The notes under the pieces: model-generated
The model's input: the letters and a program-made list of their open reading frames with translations, nothing else
Told to the model about the DNA's origin: nothing
The model's database searches: none
Program-made: the position numbers and the translations under genes
In this document: in pieces, positions 36,576-48,557 of the stretch
How the letters are laid out: each line of letters opens with the position of its first letter
Position numbering within the stretch: position 1 is the stretch's first letter
Source of the DNA: the human T2T-CHM13v2.0 reference genome, Homo sapiens
Direction of reading: 5' to 3'
Length of the DNA: 64,000 nt
Assembly: GCA_009914755.4 (NCBI GenBank)
Contig: CP086569.2
Span: 17,056,001-17,120,000, forward strand

Positions 36576-36865
36576 ATTCAGAGTCTCACTGTTTCACCCA
36601 GGCTTTAGTGCAGTGGTATTAATACAATCATAGATTACTGTAGCTTCAACCTCTTGGGCTCAAGTAATCCTTCTACTCAGCCTCTTGAGTAGCTGGGCCT
36701 ATAGGCATGTGCCACCATATCTGACTAACTTTTAAATTTTTTGTAGAGACAAGATCTTGCTGTGTTGCTGAGACTCATCTTAAATTCCCTACCTCAAGGG
36801 ATTCTCTCATCTCAGCCACCCAAAGCTCTGGCATCTCTGGTGTGAGTCACTGCACTCGGCCTCCC
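36545..36865 (-). mobile_element. Alu (old, diverged), reverse orientation, ~35-nt T run at its start
   Basis: (t)35gattcagagtctcactgtttcacccaggctttagtgcagtgg...ggcatctctggtgtgagtcactgcactcggcc. Confidence 0.75.
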
Positions 36866-38082
36866 TTCCACATTTAAAGCTAGCAGAGCCTGGTCAAATC
36901 TTTCTCATGAAAGACCCTATCTATGGTTTTAACTCCTCTGCCTCCCTGTTCCTGTTATGTAACATCAACAGAGACATATTGCATTGATGGTTTTGTGCTT
37001 TACAATTTTCATTTAGTGACGTTTGTCTTACTATTAAGGATTTATTAATATTAAGCAAGGCTTGTTCTGATTTTCTTTACATGTATTTTCATAGAGGTGT
37101 TGACCTCTCTTAAATTAAAAACTCTTCTGATTAGATTTGAGTGTATCTATTGACTGTATAAGTTTACATTTCATTTATTGATATGGTGTCAGAATTCATA
37201 AAATGTTAATCCAGCATTTGATTGTGATAATTTTTTATGATATCTCTTGTTATCACATGTCTTTCAATGGGCAGCATGTACATTATTTTAGTACTTTACC
37301 TCCCTTATTTGATGCACCCTTTTGGTGTATGAATGATGTGGTAGTGTTTCATGCAACTATTTCTCTTTTCATAACAAAACAGTCGAGAGTAAGGCTTTGG
37401 CTCCTGAGGCGCAGTATTTCTCAAGATAAGGGAAAAGACCGTTGCAATAAACCAGCTGAGTGATTGAAAAATATGATTTCCCTTTCAGATAACCACTTAA
37501 CTAGACTCTCTTAAGGACAGCATTTTGGAATATGTATTTCATAAGAACTCATGTAATTTTAATACACTGTAATGTCTAAATAACACCCTTCCAGGCATTA
37601 CCTATTCTGAAACACTATTTGCCCATTTTCACCATTAGAATATCTTGTACACCTACTGGGGAAACAAACAAACAAACAAAAACTATGAAACTAGCAAGTG
37701 TTAAATCTTCCATCTTTCTCAATTGACATCAAAATATTTAAAGGTGCATTATGGGTACTTTCAGTTTTGTAACTGAAGTTTAAAAATTGTGGACAGATGG
37801 CTATTTATTTCAGTGGATTCAAAGTTCACTGAGAATCGTTTATAGACTTGTTTTCATACATGATGAGATATTTACTTCACTTTCTTTCTTTGGCTGGCTG
37901 GAGTTTTATTTTTCCAAAAATTGTCTCAATTATTTGTTTGCCATTTGGGTTTTGATTAGATGATTTATAAAGAGGTGGTGACCTCTATGATTCCAGTCTT
38001 CTTACTTTTCATAATGACTGCTTTCTTCTGATTTAAGTAGGAAGTAATCGAGGTATCCAAATTTGAGAATCTAAATGTATTT

Positions 38083-38430
38083 ACTATGTAAAAATTGTGT
38101 TAATCTATTCTCTCAGTTAGTGTAGCTGTGGAGATGTCTGATGGAAATGTTATCATTTTCTGCCAGTAAATTGCTTGCACTCTGTACCTTATTCACATAT
38201 ATATACACATATATATATATATGCATAATATATCATATAGATTATATGAGTGTATGTGTCAATAATATATGGTTACTCTTTACTGTGGATTGAAATTGAG
38301 CTCTATTTTTCCTTGGGAAATAATGTATAATTTTGTATCTGTACTTTGGAAAATTATTTGATTTTCTTTCATGATGTAATTGCCCAATAGATTCTTCTTG
38401 CCTGCTACATAGATAGAGCCAATTCACTGA
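38083..38430. repeat. Copy A of a 348-bp near-identical direct repeat
   Basis: 38083-38430 vs 39484-39833: ~98% identical. Differences are a 6-bp indel (tcagttagtgtagc vs tcagtgtagc), one substitution (tctgatgg/tctgaagg) and TA-microsatellite length. Confidence 0.9.
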
Positions 38431-38439
38431 TACAGCAGA

Positions 38440-38880
38440 AGTGGAAGGGTTTAATCAATGCAGAGCTAGGCACAGGGAAGACATTAGTTTATTATTCAAA
38501 TCAGCCTTGCTGGACATTCAGAGACTAGGTTTTTAAAATAATAATTAGGTGGGCAGGTGGCTAGGAAATGGGGAATACTGACTGCTCAGGTTGGGGTTGA
38601 AATGATAGGGAATTTTGGCTTTCTTCTTGCTGTCTCCAGTTTCTGTGTGGAAGTCACAAGACTAGTTTGAGCCGGTTTCTTGGTATGGGTGATGGATCTG
38701 ACTGGCACCAGCTTTTTCACCAGAATGCAGGGTCTGAAAAATACGTCCACTCACCAATCTTAGGTTTTACAATAGTAGTTTCATCTATAGGAGGAACTAG
38801 GGAGATTGGGAATCTTGTGGCCTCTGGCTACTTGGCTCCTGAGACATAATTTCCAATCTTGTAGTTAACTTGTTAGTTTT
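38440..38880 (-). mobile_element. Second copy of the unclassified (possibly MaLR-internal) repeat seen at 1557-2090
   Basis: ...attagtttattattcaaatcag...ggttgaaatgatagggaatt...cagggtctgaaaaatacgtccactcaccaatcttaggttttacaatagtag... Confidence 0.35.
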
Positions 38881-39483
38881 CCAAAGACAGTGTTAATATA
38901 TTTATTTTTTAATTAAACTATAAACTAAATTCAATAGATTCGTAGACATATACTTATCTTAAAACACATCACAGTGTGTATAATACATATGTACAGCTTT
39001 TTGTATGACAACCATACTTCAATAAACTGGTTTTAGAAAAAGAACCATTTTTAGGGTAAAATACTTTAATTTCTTTCAATATTTATGTAATAAATATTAA
39101 CATTTATTTTAATATTTTGATATTTATATTTAAATATACTTAATAATTTACTATTATTATGTAACAATAACATAACTATTGAAATAATCAAAATATTTTA
39201 CCCCAAAATGTTGTCAACCAAGAGCAATAAAAAAATGTCAGAATCTAGTCTCAAGATAGTTTATTCAAGTCTGAGGATGGATGACATTCCAATCAAAGAT
39301 TCTGAAGAAGAGAAATCAGGGTTCCAAAGGGTAACTGTTTTGAATTCCTTATGTGGACAAAGTTTAGAAAAGTGTGACAGAATTTCATCATCTTTCTCTG
39401 TATCGCTTGATGCATGGTTAAAACAATCTGGTTACTTAAAGTGGTGTTCTTCTTTTGGGAAAGGTGTATGCAACATTCCCAAC

Positions 39484-39833
39484 ACTATGTAAAAATTGTG
39501 TTAATCTATTCTCTCAGTGTAGCTGTGGAGATGTCTGAAGGAAATGTTATCATTTTCTGCCAGTAAATTGCTTGCACTCTGTACCTTATTCACATATATG
39601 TACACATATATATATGCATAATATATCATATAGATTATATGAGTGTATGTGTCAATAATATATGGTTACTCTTTACTGTGGATTGAAATTGAGCTCTATT
39701 TTTCCTTGGGAAATAATGTATAATTTTGTATCTGTACTTTGGAAAATTATTTGATTTTCTTTCATGATGTAATTGCCCAATAGATTCTTCTTGCCTGCTA
39801 CATAGATAGAGCCAATTCACTGAAGATGTAACG
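39484..39833. repeat. Copy A' of the 348-bp direct repeat
   Basis: See 38083-38430. Confidence 0.9.
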
Positions 39834-40206
39834 GACATCTTGGGCACCATCTAGTCTGAGCTAGGTACAGGATGATAAAGAAGGCAGTTAGTCTGTAAGA
39901 TCGATCAATGATTGTTAGGGGGAAGTCTAGTTTCTGGTCTCTGGTAGGAATTTACAGAACAACATAAATACGGAAGATAGTTAATCTACAATCTAAAAAG
40001 CAAAATTGCAGACATACTCTGTGTCTAAGTATCCAGGATTTAACTTTTCCCTTGGCATCATGAACATAGAGGGTTCTGAAATTTTGTTTTCTTTTACAAT
40101 GTATTTCGTTTGCATATTTCTGCATGGGTAGTCAGAAGTGCAGTAAATACAAGAATTGTTCAAAAGCTGTCTTTTGTGGGGGAGATTTGCATCTGTAGAA
40201 AAAATC

Positions 40207-40545
40207 TGAGGCCAAATGCAGTGACTCATACCTGTATTCCCTGTACTTTGGGAGGCCCAAGCAGGCAGATCACTTGAAGTCTGGAGTTTGAGACCAGCCT
40301 TCCCAACATGGTGATAGCTTGTCTCTACTAAAAATACAAAAATTAGCTGGGCATGGTGGCAGTGCCAGTAATTCCAGCTAATCAGGAGGCTGAAGCAAGA
40401 TAATTGCTTTAACCCAAGAGGCAGAGATTGCAGTGAGCCAAGACTGCACCACCGCACTCCAGCTTGGGGGACAGAGTGAGACTCTGTCTCAAAAACAACA
40501 CCACCAACAACAGCAACAACAACAAAAACCAAAAGAAAAATCTGC
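40207..40545 (+). mobile_element. Alu followed by a (CAA/CAG/CAC)n-type interrupted tail
   Basis: gaggccaaatgcagtgactcatacctgtattccctgtactttgggaggcccaagcaggcagatcacttgaagtctggagtttgagaccagcc...ccgcactccagcttgggggacagagtgagactctgtctcaaaaacaacaccaccaacaacagcaacaacaacaaaaaccaaaag. Confidence 0.8.
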
Positions 40546-41034
40546 ATTGATACAATCAGGTTTTCTCTGAGGTCCTCTTTGTCTAATCTAGGAAAGATGA
40601 ACTGAGAATCAAACACCATTACAGATCTGAAAGAAACATTCACCATCTATTCTCTCTGAGTGCTGCTACCTGTGAGGTTTCATCTACATGCCACCACCAC
40701 CTTTGCTAGCTAGATGCTCTTCTCCCTGTTCCACAACCTGTCTGGTGTCCGTAACCTGAGTTACCAGGTTTTATAATCTGTTTTTGCACATGCTGTAAGA
40801 CCCAAGCCCAGGATGGTATAAAAGCATCAATAATCTGGCCACTTCTTTAAGAAATTTTGTACTTTTCCATCCAAATTAATAAATTCGTATAGAAACCTCC
40901 TTTGCAAAATTATGACAGTAAGAGAAACCTGACATAGCTCACTCCATCTTGCTTCTAGCCTCACAGGTTGGCTATCTTCACTCTTTCCTGGGCATGTGCC
41001 AAAGCTAATGTTGAGAGAAATTTAGTTTATAGTT

Positions 41035-41370
41035 TATTTTATTATCTTTATTATTTTTTTAAGAAAGGGACTCCCTCTGTCACCCAGGCTGGAGTGCAGT
41101 GGCATGATCTCGGCTCACTGCAACCTTCAACTAGCTTGGGAGTTGAAGCTATTCTCCCACATCAACCTTTTAAGTAGCTTAGACTACAGGCATGAGCCAC
41201 CATTGCTGGCTAATTGTTTTATTTTTTATTTATTGTTTATTTTTTTTTAAGTAGAGGTGGGGTTTTTCCAGGCTGCCCAGGCTAATTTTGAACTCCTGAA
41301 CTCAAGCAAGCTTCGTGCCTCAGCCTCCCATGGTGCTGGGATTACAGGTGTCAGCCAACCACTCCTGGCC
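41035..41370 (-). mobile_element. Alu, reverse orientation
   Basis: ...gggactccctctgtcacccaggctggagtgcagtggcatgatctcggctcactgcaacc...gctgggattacaggtgtcagccaaccactcctggcc. Confidence 0.8.
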
Positions 41371-41599
41371 TGCAAGTTAAATTATAAAAGCATTTTCCAA
41401 AACAAAATTGCCTTTATAAAACTAAGGAAAGCCTACCAGGTCAGGAGGATAAAGGTCTGAATTCTACTATGATATAAGCATAGTTAAATAATTACCAGCC
41501 ATTATTTAGGTGGTCACAAGATTTTGAACTTCCCCAATTACTCCTTCAGATAACATCACTCTTGTAGAACCCAGGATTGACATTTTGAGATAGCTTTTC

Positions 41600-41960
41600 A
41601 GATTTTTTGCATTTCTGACTACCAATAGCTGTACCAGTACTCACCAACTGGTCTTTTGCCTTCTACTCAGGAACTGATGCAGGGCAAGAGGACAGCTTCA
41701 ACTCCCTATGATTTCATCTCTGACACAACCAGTCGGCACTTCCCACTCCTGGGCCCCCTGCCCACCAAACTATCTTTGAAAAACCCTGATCTCCAAATTT
41801 TTGAGAAGACTGATTTGAATAATAATAAAACTCTGGTCTCTTGTTTATCTGTGTATGCATGAATTAAACTCTTCCTCTATTGCACTTACCTTGTCTTGAT
41901 CATTTAGTTCTCTCTGGGCAATAGGAAAAAAGATCCCACAGGGCAGTTAGGTTGTGGAAG
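41600..41960 (+). mobile_element. LTR-like repeat, copy A (unclassified; contains AATAATAAAACTC poly-A-signal-like segment)
   Basis: Aligns with 43440-43800: ...tcccatgatttcatctc...cc.ccaccaaa.tatc.t..aaa..ctgatc.ccaaat...gactgatttgaataataataaaact...tctattg.a...cctgtcttga... Confidence 0.4.
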
Positions 41961-42390
41961 GTTATTAATCTACCTTTCATCAGGTGATTTGTAGCGAACC
42001 TTCAGAGAGCAAAGGGCAAGTTTTTCCTTGGCTTCTGTAATATGAACAGGCATGGTTATAAACATAGACATAGACATTGACATGGAAAATGATGTAAGCT
42101 GTTTACAGTTAAGGAGGTGCCATAGACTAAATGTCTGTGTCCCATCACAGTCACACACCGTATGCTGAAACCCTAGCCCCCAGTGGGTTGGTATTTGGAA
42201 ATGGGGCATTAGAAGGTAATTAGTTTTAGATGACATCCTGAAAGTGGGTCTCCCATGATGGGATCAATGTTTTTATGAGAAGATGACCAGCCCAGTGCTC
42301 TTTTTTTTTTCTCTCTGCCTTTGAAGCCACCTTTGCAAAATTATGACTGAGAGTGAAAGACATCTTGTTATAGGTAGGTCTTTGTTCTTA

Positions 42391-42455
42391 GAGCTCCCAA
42401 GATGGTGGTGGGCTGCTCCCAAGATGGTGGCAGCTGCTCCCAAGATTGCAGCCAG
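42391..42455. repeat. Tandem triplication of a ~16-bp unit (gctcccaagatggtgg)
   Basis: gagctcccaagatggtggtgggctgctcccaagatggtggcagctgctcccaagattgcagcc. Confidence 0.8.
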
Positions 42456-43439
42456 CCTTTTATTCTCTGACCTGCGTTTCTTGGCCTCTCAGGTTCCAAG
42501 GAATGGAACTTTGGGCCACACGGTGAGTGTGATACCTCTACTACAAGCCATGGGTCATGGAAGAGAACTGTGGAAACTGGTGACTAGTGTTCAGCTCTAT
42601 TAGGATGACCCTGGGCACCTAGCCATGCAGGAACAATAGCAAGCCTCTAGCTTGAACGGGAACAGCAATAGGTGCCTCATTGGATCAGAAATGCAGCAGA
42701 CACCCTGCCAGATCTGGAGGGGTGGAAGTCAGTGGCAGGTCTATGATGGTGGTGTACAGCAGTGGTGGATGATGAGTGAAAACTCAGCTTGAGCTGGAAC
42801 AAACACAGAACAGAAGAGTGTGCAACCGTAAGATTTAATAGAGTGAAAACACAGCTCCCATAAAATGGGAGGGGACCCAAAGGGGGTTCCCAATCCCAGC
42901 TCAAATGCCTGGGGTTTATATCCCAATCATTGTCCCTCCCCCTGTGCTCTCAGATGATAGATGATTTGACCATTTCTTTAACTCCTGCTTTTAGCCTGAT
43001 TGATATTTAGTGAGCTCTCTTTACTACCTGATTGGTCAGGTGTGAGCTGAGTTACAAACCCTGGGTTTAAAGGTGGTTGTGGTCACCTTCCCCAGCTAGG
43101 CTTAGGAATTCTTAGTCGGCATAGGAAATCCAGCTAGTCCTGTCTCTGAATCTGACTTAACTCCATCTTGCTTTCAACCTCCAAGCTGTTGTTGCTTATT
43201 CCAGGGCGTAGGCTGAACTACTTTTGGGAGGGACTTACGGTTTAAAACAAAGATGATAACAGCCCTTTCTCAAAACAAGGCTTATTTCTCCCTTGGGACT
43301 AGACTGCCTTTGTTGGACTAACAAATCAGCCACAAGATTACAAATTATGGTTTAGTAGTCGACTAATCAGCTGAAAACTACAAGATTCTGACCTTCTCTA
43401 AAATGCTCCTAAGACCAATGCTCGAGATATTTTGCAGAG

Positions 43440-43800
43440 CCTACACTTGATTGATCAGCTGGAACCACCCAGACTGATAAACTGGCTCACCTGACGTTGT
43501 GGCCCCCACCCAGGAAATGACTCAGCACAAGACGATGGCCACGACTTCCCATGATTTCATCTCCAATCCCACCAATCAGCACTCTTGACTCACTGCTGCA
43601 CTACCCACCAAATTATCCTTAAATACTCTGATCCCCAAATGCTCAGGGAGACTAATTTCAGTAATAATAAAACTTCAGTTTCCCATACAGCCAGCTCTGC
43701 ATAAAATACTCTTTCTCTATTGTAAGTCCCCTGTCTTGAGAAATTGGCTCTCTTTAGGCAGCGGGCAAGGTGAACCCACTGGGCAGCTATACTATGTGAA
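43440..43800 (+). mobile_element. LTR-like repeat, copy B (same family as 41600-41960)
   Basis: See copy A. Confidence 0.4.
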
Positions 43801-44442
43801 CTTAGAGTGAGAAACTGACCATCAACAAACCAGGAAGAGAGCTCTCTCCAGAAACCAGGTTGACATCTTGATGAACTTGGACTTCCAAAATTCTGATAAA
43901 TAATTTTTGTAAGCCCTCCAGTTCATGGTATCTGTTACAGCAGACTGAGCAGTCCTTCAAGAATCCCTCACATAGCCATAGATCTACCTACACACATACA
44001 AAAATCTTTAACAACCTAGGACATGTCTTTCAGGTACCTATGAATGTGTCACAGATACAAAGATAGTGTCAACTTTAAATAACCAAAAAGGTTAGAGTAT
44101 AATTCAAACAAAGTTTATTCAAGACCCAAGTGTGAAGATGGATGGTTCACACCCATCATACCAACTCCAAAATTATGGAGTAGGAAAGTTAAGGTTTCAT
44201 GTATAGAGCCAGAGACAGATGAGTTTTTAGCAAGATTACCACATCATTCCTACAAGATTGGCACAGAGTTGCAGCCATTAGATTGGTTACAGGCAGTTTT
44301 TATGGGGGGAAGAGTACATTTAACAATTTTTTTAAACAGAGGCTGTAACAGTCATGGATTTTCTTTATCTACTCTCAGTGAAGCTGGACAACCCAGGGGG
44401 GCTTAATCTATCACAAGTATCATTAATTAAGAAGGGCAGACA

Positions 44443-44760
<318 letters not shown>

Positions 44761-46477
44761 CTATAATCTGAGAACAGAAGTTGCTACCATATGTGACTCA
44801 GATGACGGTCACATCTCTCTCATGGCTTAAAGTGCTCTTGTGGGGGACTGCCATAGCTTTTAAATTATATTTATTTTCACAATAAACATAGTCATAGGCA
44901 TAGATGCAAACTGTTAACAATAAATGAGATATCCTTCAGGAATCAAGGATATCGACATGACAAGGATGAGGTTAGATCAGAAATTTAATAAAGGAAAGAA
45001 AGCCCTATGCCGCAGAGAGGCATCCCAAAAAAGGGTTGCAATTTCACAGTTGAATATAGAGCCTTTTATAAGAAATCGTTGAGGGATGAGTGTTTCATTT
45101 GCATAAGGTGTGAAGTTCTGGTAGCTCCACCCCATCCTCCTAGTGCACCCACAGGCCTTTAGCTTGAGTTACTCCATATTGTTTTGTTCCCCTTATGATG
45201 CCTGTGCCAGGGGATGGAATTTTCCATTGCAGGCAAGTCTAGTCAAATCAGCTATATAGACTTTCTTATCTGTATGGCTGTGGGCATGTCTCAGTCAAGC
45301 TCCCCTGTGTAAGTTCCCTTATGTGTGCCTGCAGGCTATTCTTTTGTTTAAAAGAATTCAACCATTTAACCTTGGAACAACTCTAACTGGCTGCTTAATG
45401 GGTTTCTTCCTCTTTTCCCTCTCAGTACTAGATGATCTAGGCAGAAACCTTGACCTCCACTAGATGATCTAGGCAGAAATCTTGACCCCCAAGCTCATCT
45501 CCTATCTTCAACATATGTAAGGATAAGCTCAGTATTCAGCAAAATAACTGAGAGCTGGTGAGGGCTACTTTGCGGGACATTTTCAAGTTCTGTGCATTTC
45601 TCTTCTGTTAGGAGAGTATCAAGGAGATTCCACGTGAAATTGATTGAAGGGACGTCAAGTGTCTCATCCACTTTGGGCTGCAATAATGAAAATACCATAG
45701 ACTGCGTAGCTTCTAAAAAGGATAAATTGATTGCATACTCTTCTGAAAGCTGGAAGTCCAAGATCAAAACGTGGTAGATTTAGTGTCCCGTGGGGACTTA
45801 GGTCCGGTGAGGACTTAGGTCCATAGACAGTATCTTCTAGCTGTATTCTCACACAGTGAAAGAGGTGAAGAAGATCTATTGGGTCCCTTTTATAATAGCA
45901 CTAATTCCATTCATGTGGGCTCCACTCTCATCACCTTCCATCTCCTAATACCATCACCTTGGAAGTTAGGACTCAAGATGTTATTCTGGAAAAACACAAA
46001 CATTTGGAGCATAGCATCAAGAGACCTTCTCAGTGAATCTGGGGGTCACAGAATAGAGAGACTATAGGCTGACTCTTCTTTGAAGAAGGTGAATGATACT
46101 AGGTTGTCTGCAAGTTTAGTGAAGGGTGAATAAAGAGGTGAGACTACAAGAACACAGGCTTGGCCATCTGGTGTTGTTGGGCAGCACAGAATGATTGACA
46201 ATTTCTTTTGGCCAAGTGTGCTCTGAAAGATGACAGCCTTGATCACCCAGATGGGACACTGACAAAGTTTCTCCCTTCTGAGAATGTGACACTACAGGGA
46301 AAATAGAACCAGAAGTATAGTCAGAAGCTAGAAACCAGAGATGTGGGTGTTGCAATAAGTCCTATAAAAGCAACAATGCCCCAAGGAAAAAAAAAATTAT
46401 GTAAGTGAGTATGACATCCTTCTTCAAATATCCTTGCAAACTTGATAAAGTTTGACAGATGAATGGAAAGTGAGATT

Positions 46478-46765
46478 GTTTTTGTTTGTTTTGAGACAGG
46501 GTCTCATTCTGTTGCCCAGGCTGAAGTGCAATGGCTTGCTCTTGGTTCACTGCAACCTCTACATCCCAGGCTCTAGTGATCTTCTCATCTTAGCTTCCTG
46601 AGTAGCTGGGACTATCGGTGTGCACCACCTTGCCAAGCTAATTCTTTTATTTTATTGTATAGGTGGGTTCTCACTGTGCTGCCCAGGCTGGTCTTGAAAT
46701 CCTGAGCTCAAGCAATCCATCCCAAAATGTTGGGACTACAGATGTGAGCCACTGCATCTGGTCTG
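46478..46765 (-). mobile_element. Alu, reverse orientation
   Basis: tttgtttgttttgagacagggtctcattctgttgcccaggctgaagtgcaatggc...tgggactacagatgtgagccactgcatctggtc. Confidence 0.8.
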
Positions 46766-47984
46766 GAATTTTCAAATATAATGAGATATTGAAATTATAC
46801 TTTAGGTTGCATTGGTCATTTAAACATACATGAATCAGATTATTCACCAATATCTTGAATAGTCCAGAAAATATTTGAAGTGTGCCTGAAATATCACCTA
46901 CAGAAAAGATATGAAAATGTGATAGCATGACAAACTTATATTTTCCCATCATTTTATCCAGTGACTCAAAGAAAGAGAGAAGCCTGCTGAGAGACATACT
47001 GAGAAGAAAAATGTAAAAAGACTATTCAAAGAAGGTTGAGTGTCAACAAGGAACTCTTATTGGGACAAGAGAGGAAGAATAGACGTCTCTTCTTGCAACA
47101 AGAAATAGAAGAGTAGTTGTGAACTCCAGGGAAAATCACAATCATGCAATGTTTTCAAGTAATGTGCTAGACTTTAAGAAAGAAGGATATGACTCTCCTG
47201 ATACATGAACTCTTCTTAAAGCAGTTCATGTTGAATATCGTGGGACTAAATCACATGGGTTTCTGTAGATTCATTCATACTCTCTGGGGTCCACTGGTAA
47301 ATATCCACACAAGGATTATTCTCAATTCTATTGATTGGTTTTTAATTTTCAGAATTAACTTTATTGGAAACCAATAGGAAGTCATTATTTTTACGGATTA
47401 AAAAACATCAGTTTCAAAGGTTAATTAATTAATGAATGGAAAAGCCAATGTAAATTAAGGAAGGAAAGAGGGGATATCAAGGAAAATATATAATGCTTAC
47501 TTTGCTAATCACTTAAGAGTAAGATGTTATATCCTACAGTCCAAATGTAATGGTTCAAGAAATAAACATAGAAAAAATTACTTTTAGATTCAGTCTTTCA
47601 AAAAATGCAGAATTATAAAAGTTATGATATTATGAGCAAGTATTATTTGTCATTGTTATGTTGGAGTAAATAAATATACCTTAACGTTTGTAAAGATGTT
47701 GGAAGTATCATCTTGGCTCAAGAAGACTTAAAGAAAAAATGATGAGAAATGATTAACGTGGTGAGAGAACTTGGCATGAGGGCAGGTGAACAATTTTCCA
47801 TTCCATTATTAGTCTTTTGTGTGGCTAAGCTTTTTTTTTTTTTCCCATGGACATCCCAAAATATTAGTTTTAAATGGTATTTGAAGTCATTCTCCTTTAA
47901 GAATTTTCCTCCCTCCAGTGAGTAAAGAGGGGCTTAGAGGACATAAGTCACTTGCAAGTAACTTGCCTGTATTTAAGGTCACAG

Positions 47985-48537
47985 TGTGATATCCTACCTT
48001 GTTTTAACCTGAATTGACTCTCCCTTGGCTGAGAGAAGTGGACAGACTCCATTTTGGCTCCTTCACTTGCAGCCCCTTACCCACCCCCTTCCTCAAAGAC
48101 TTAACTTGTGCAAGCTGACTCCCAGCACATCCAGGAATGCAATTACTGATAAGATACTGTGGCAAGCTATATCCGCAGTTCCCAGGAATTCACCTGGTTG
48201 ATAGTACTCAAAGCCCCAGTGTTTGTGTCCAGTTGATAGCGCCCAAAGCCCCCGCATCTATCACCTTGTGATAGATTTAAAGCCCCTGCACCTGGACCTG
48301 TTTGTTTTCCCGTAACCGTTCGTCTTTTTAACTTTTTTTGTCTGTTGTGCTTCTGTAAGATTGCTTCAGCTAGGCTCCCCCTTCCCTTTCTAAACCAAAG
48401 TATAAAAGAAAATCTAGCCCCTTCTTTGGGGCAGAGAGAATTTTGAGCACTAGCCATCTCTCGGTCACCAGCAAATAAAGGACTGCTAAATTAGTCTCAA
48501 AGTGTGGCGTTTCTCTACAACTCGCTCAGTTACAACA
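47985..48537 (+). mobile_element. ERV-2 5' LTR (U3 with TATAAAAG at ~48405; R/U5 with AATAAA at ~48472)
   Basis: Starts TGTGATATCC, ends ...GTTACAACA. tataaaag lies ~60 bp upstream of agcaaataaaggactgctaaattagtctca. Confidence 0.7.
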
Positions 48538-48539
48538 TT

Positions 48540-48557
48540 TGGAAGTCCCGGCGAGAT
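48540..48557 (+). promoter_or_regulatory. ERV-2 primer-binding site (18-mer tggaagtcccggcgagat); tRNA identity uncertain
   Basis: Immediately 2 nt downstream of the LTR's terminal CA. Starts TGG as PBSs do. Only a weak (about 12/18) resemblance to the complement of the tRNA-Thr 3' end, from memory. Confidence 0.5.

Noticed and set aside
39993-40646. 217-aa minus-strand ORF, the longest in the window
   Set aside because: It is a read-through of the antisense strand of an Alu (40207-40495) plus its CAA/CAG-rich tail. The proline/valine-rich translation is typical of Alu antisense; not a gene.
45423-45490. ~33-bp tandem duplication (ctagatgatctaggcagaaa(c/t)cttgacc x2) and a nearby 12-bp duplication at 45795-45825
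   Set aside because: Small local slippage duplications with no further structure; noted but not considered informative.
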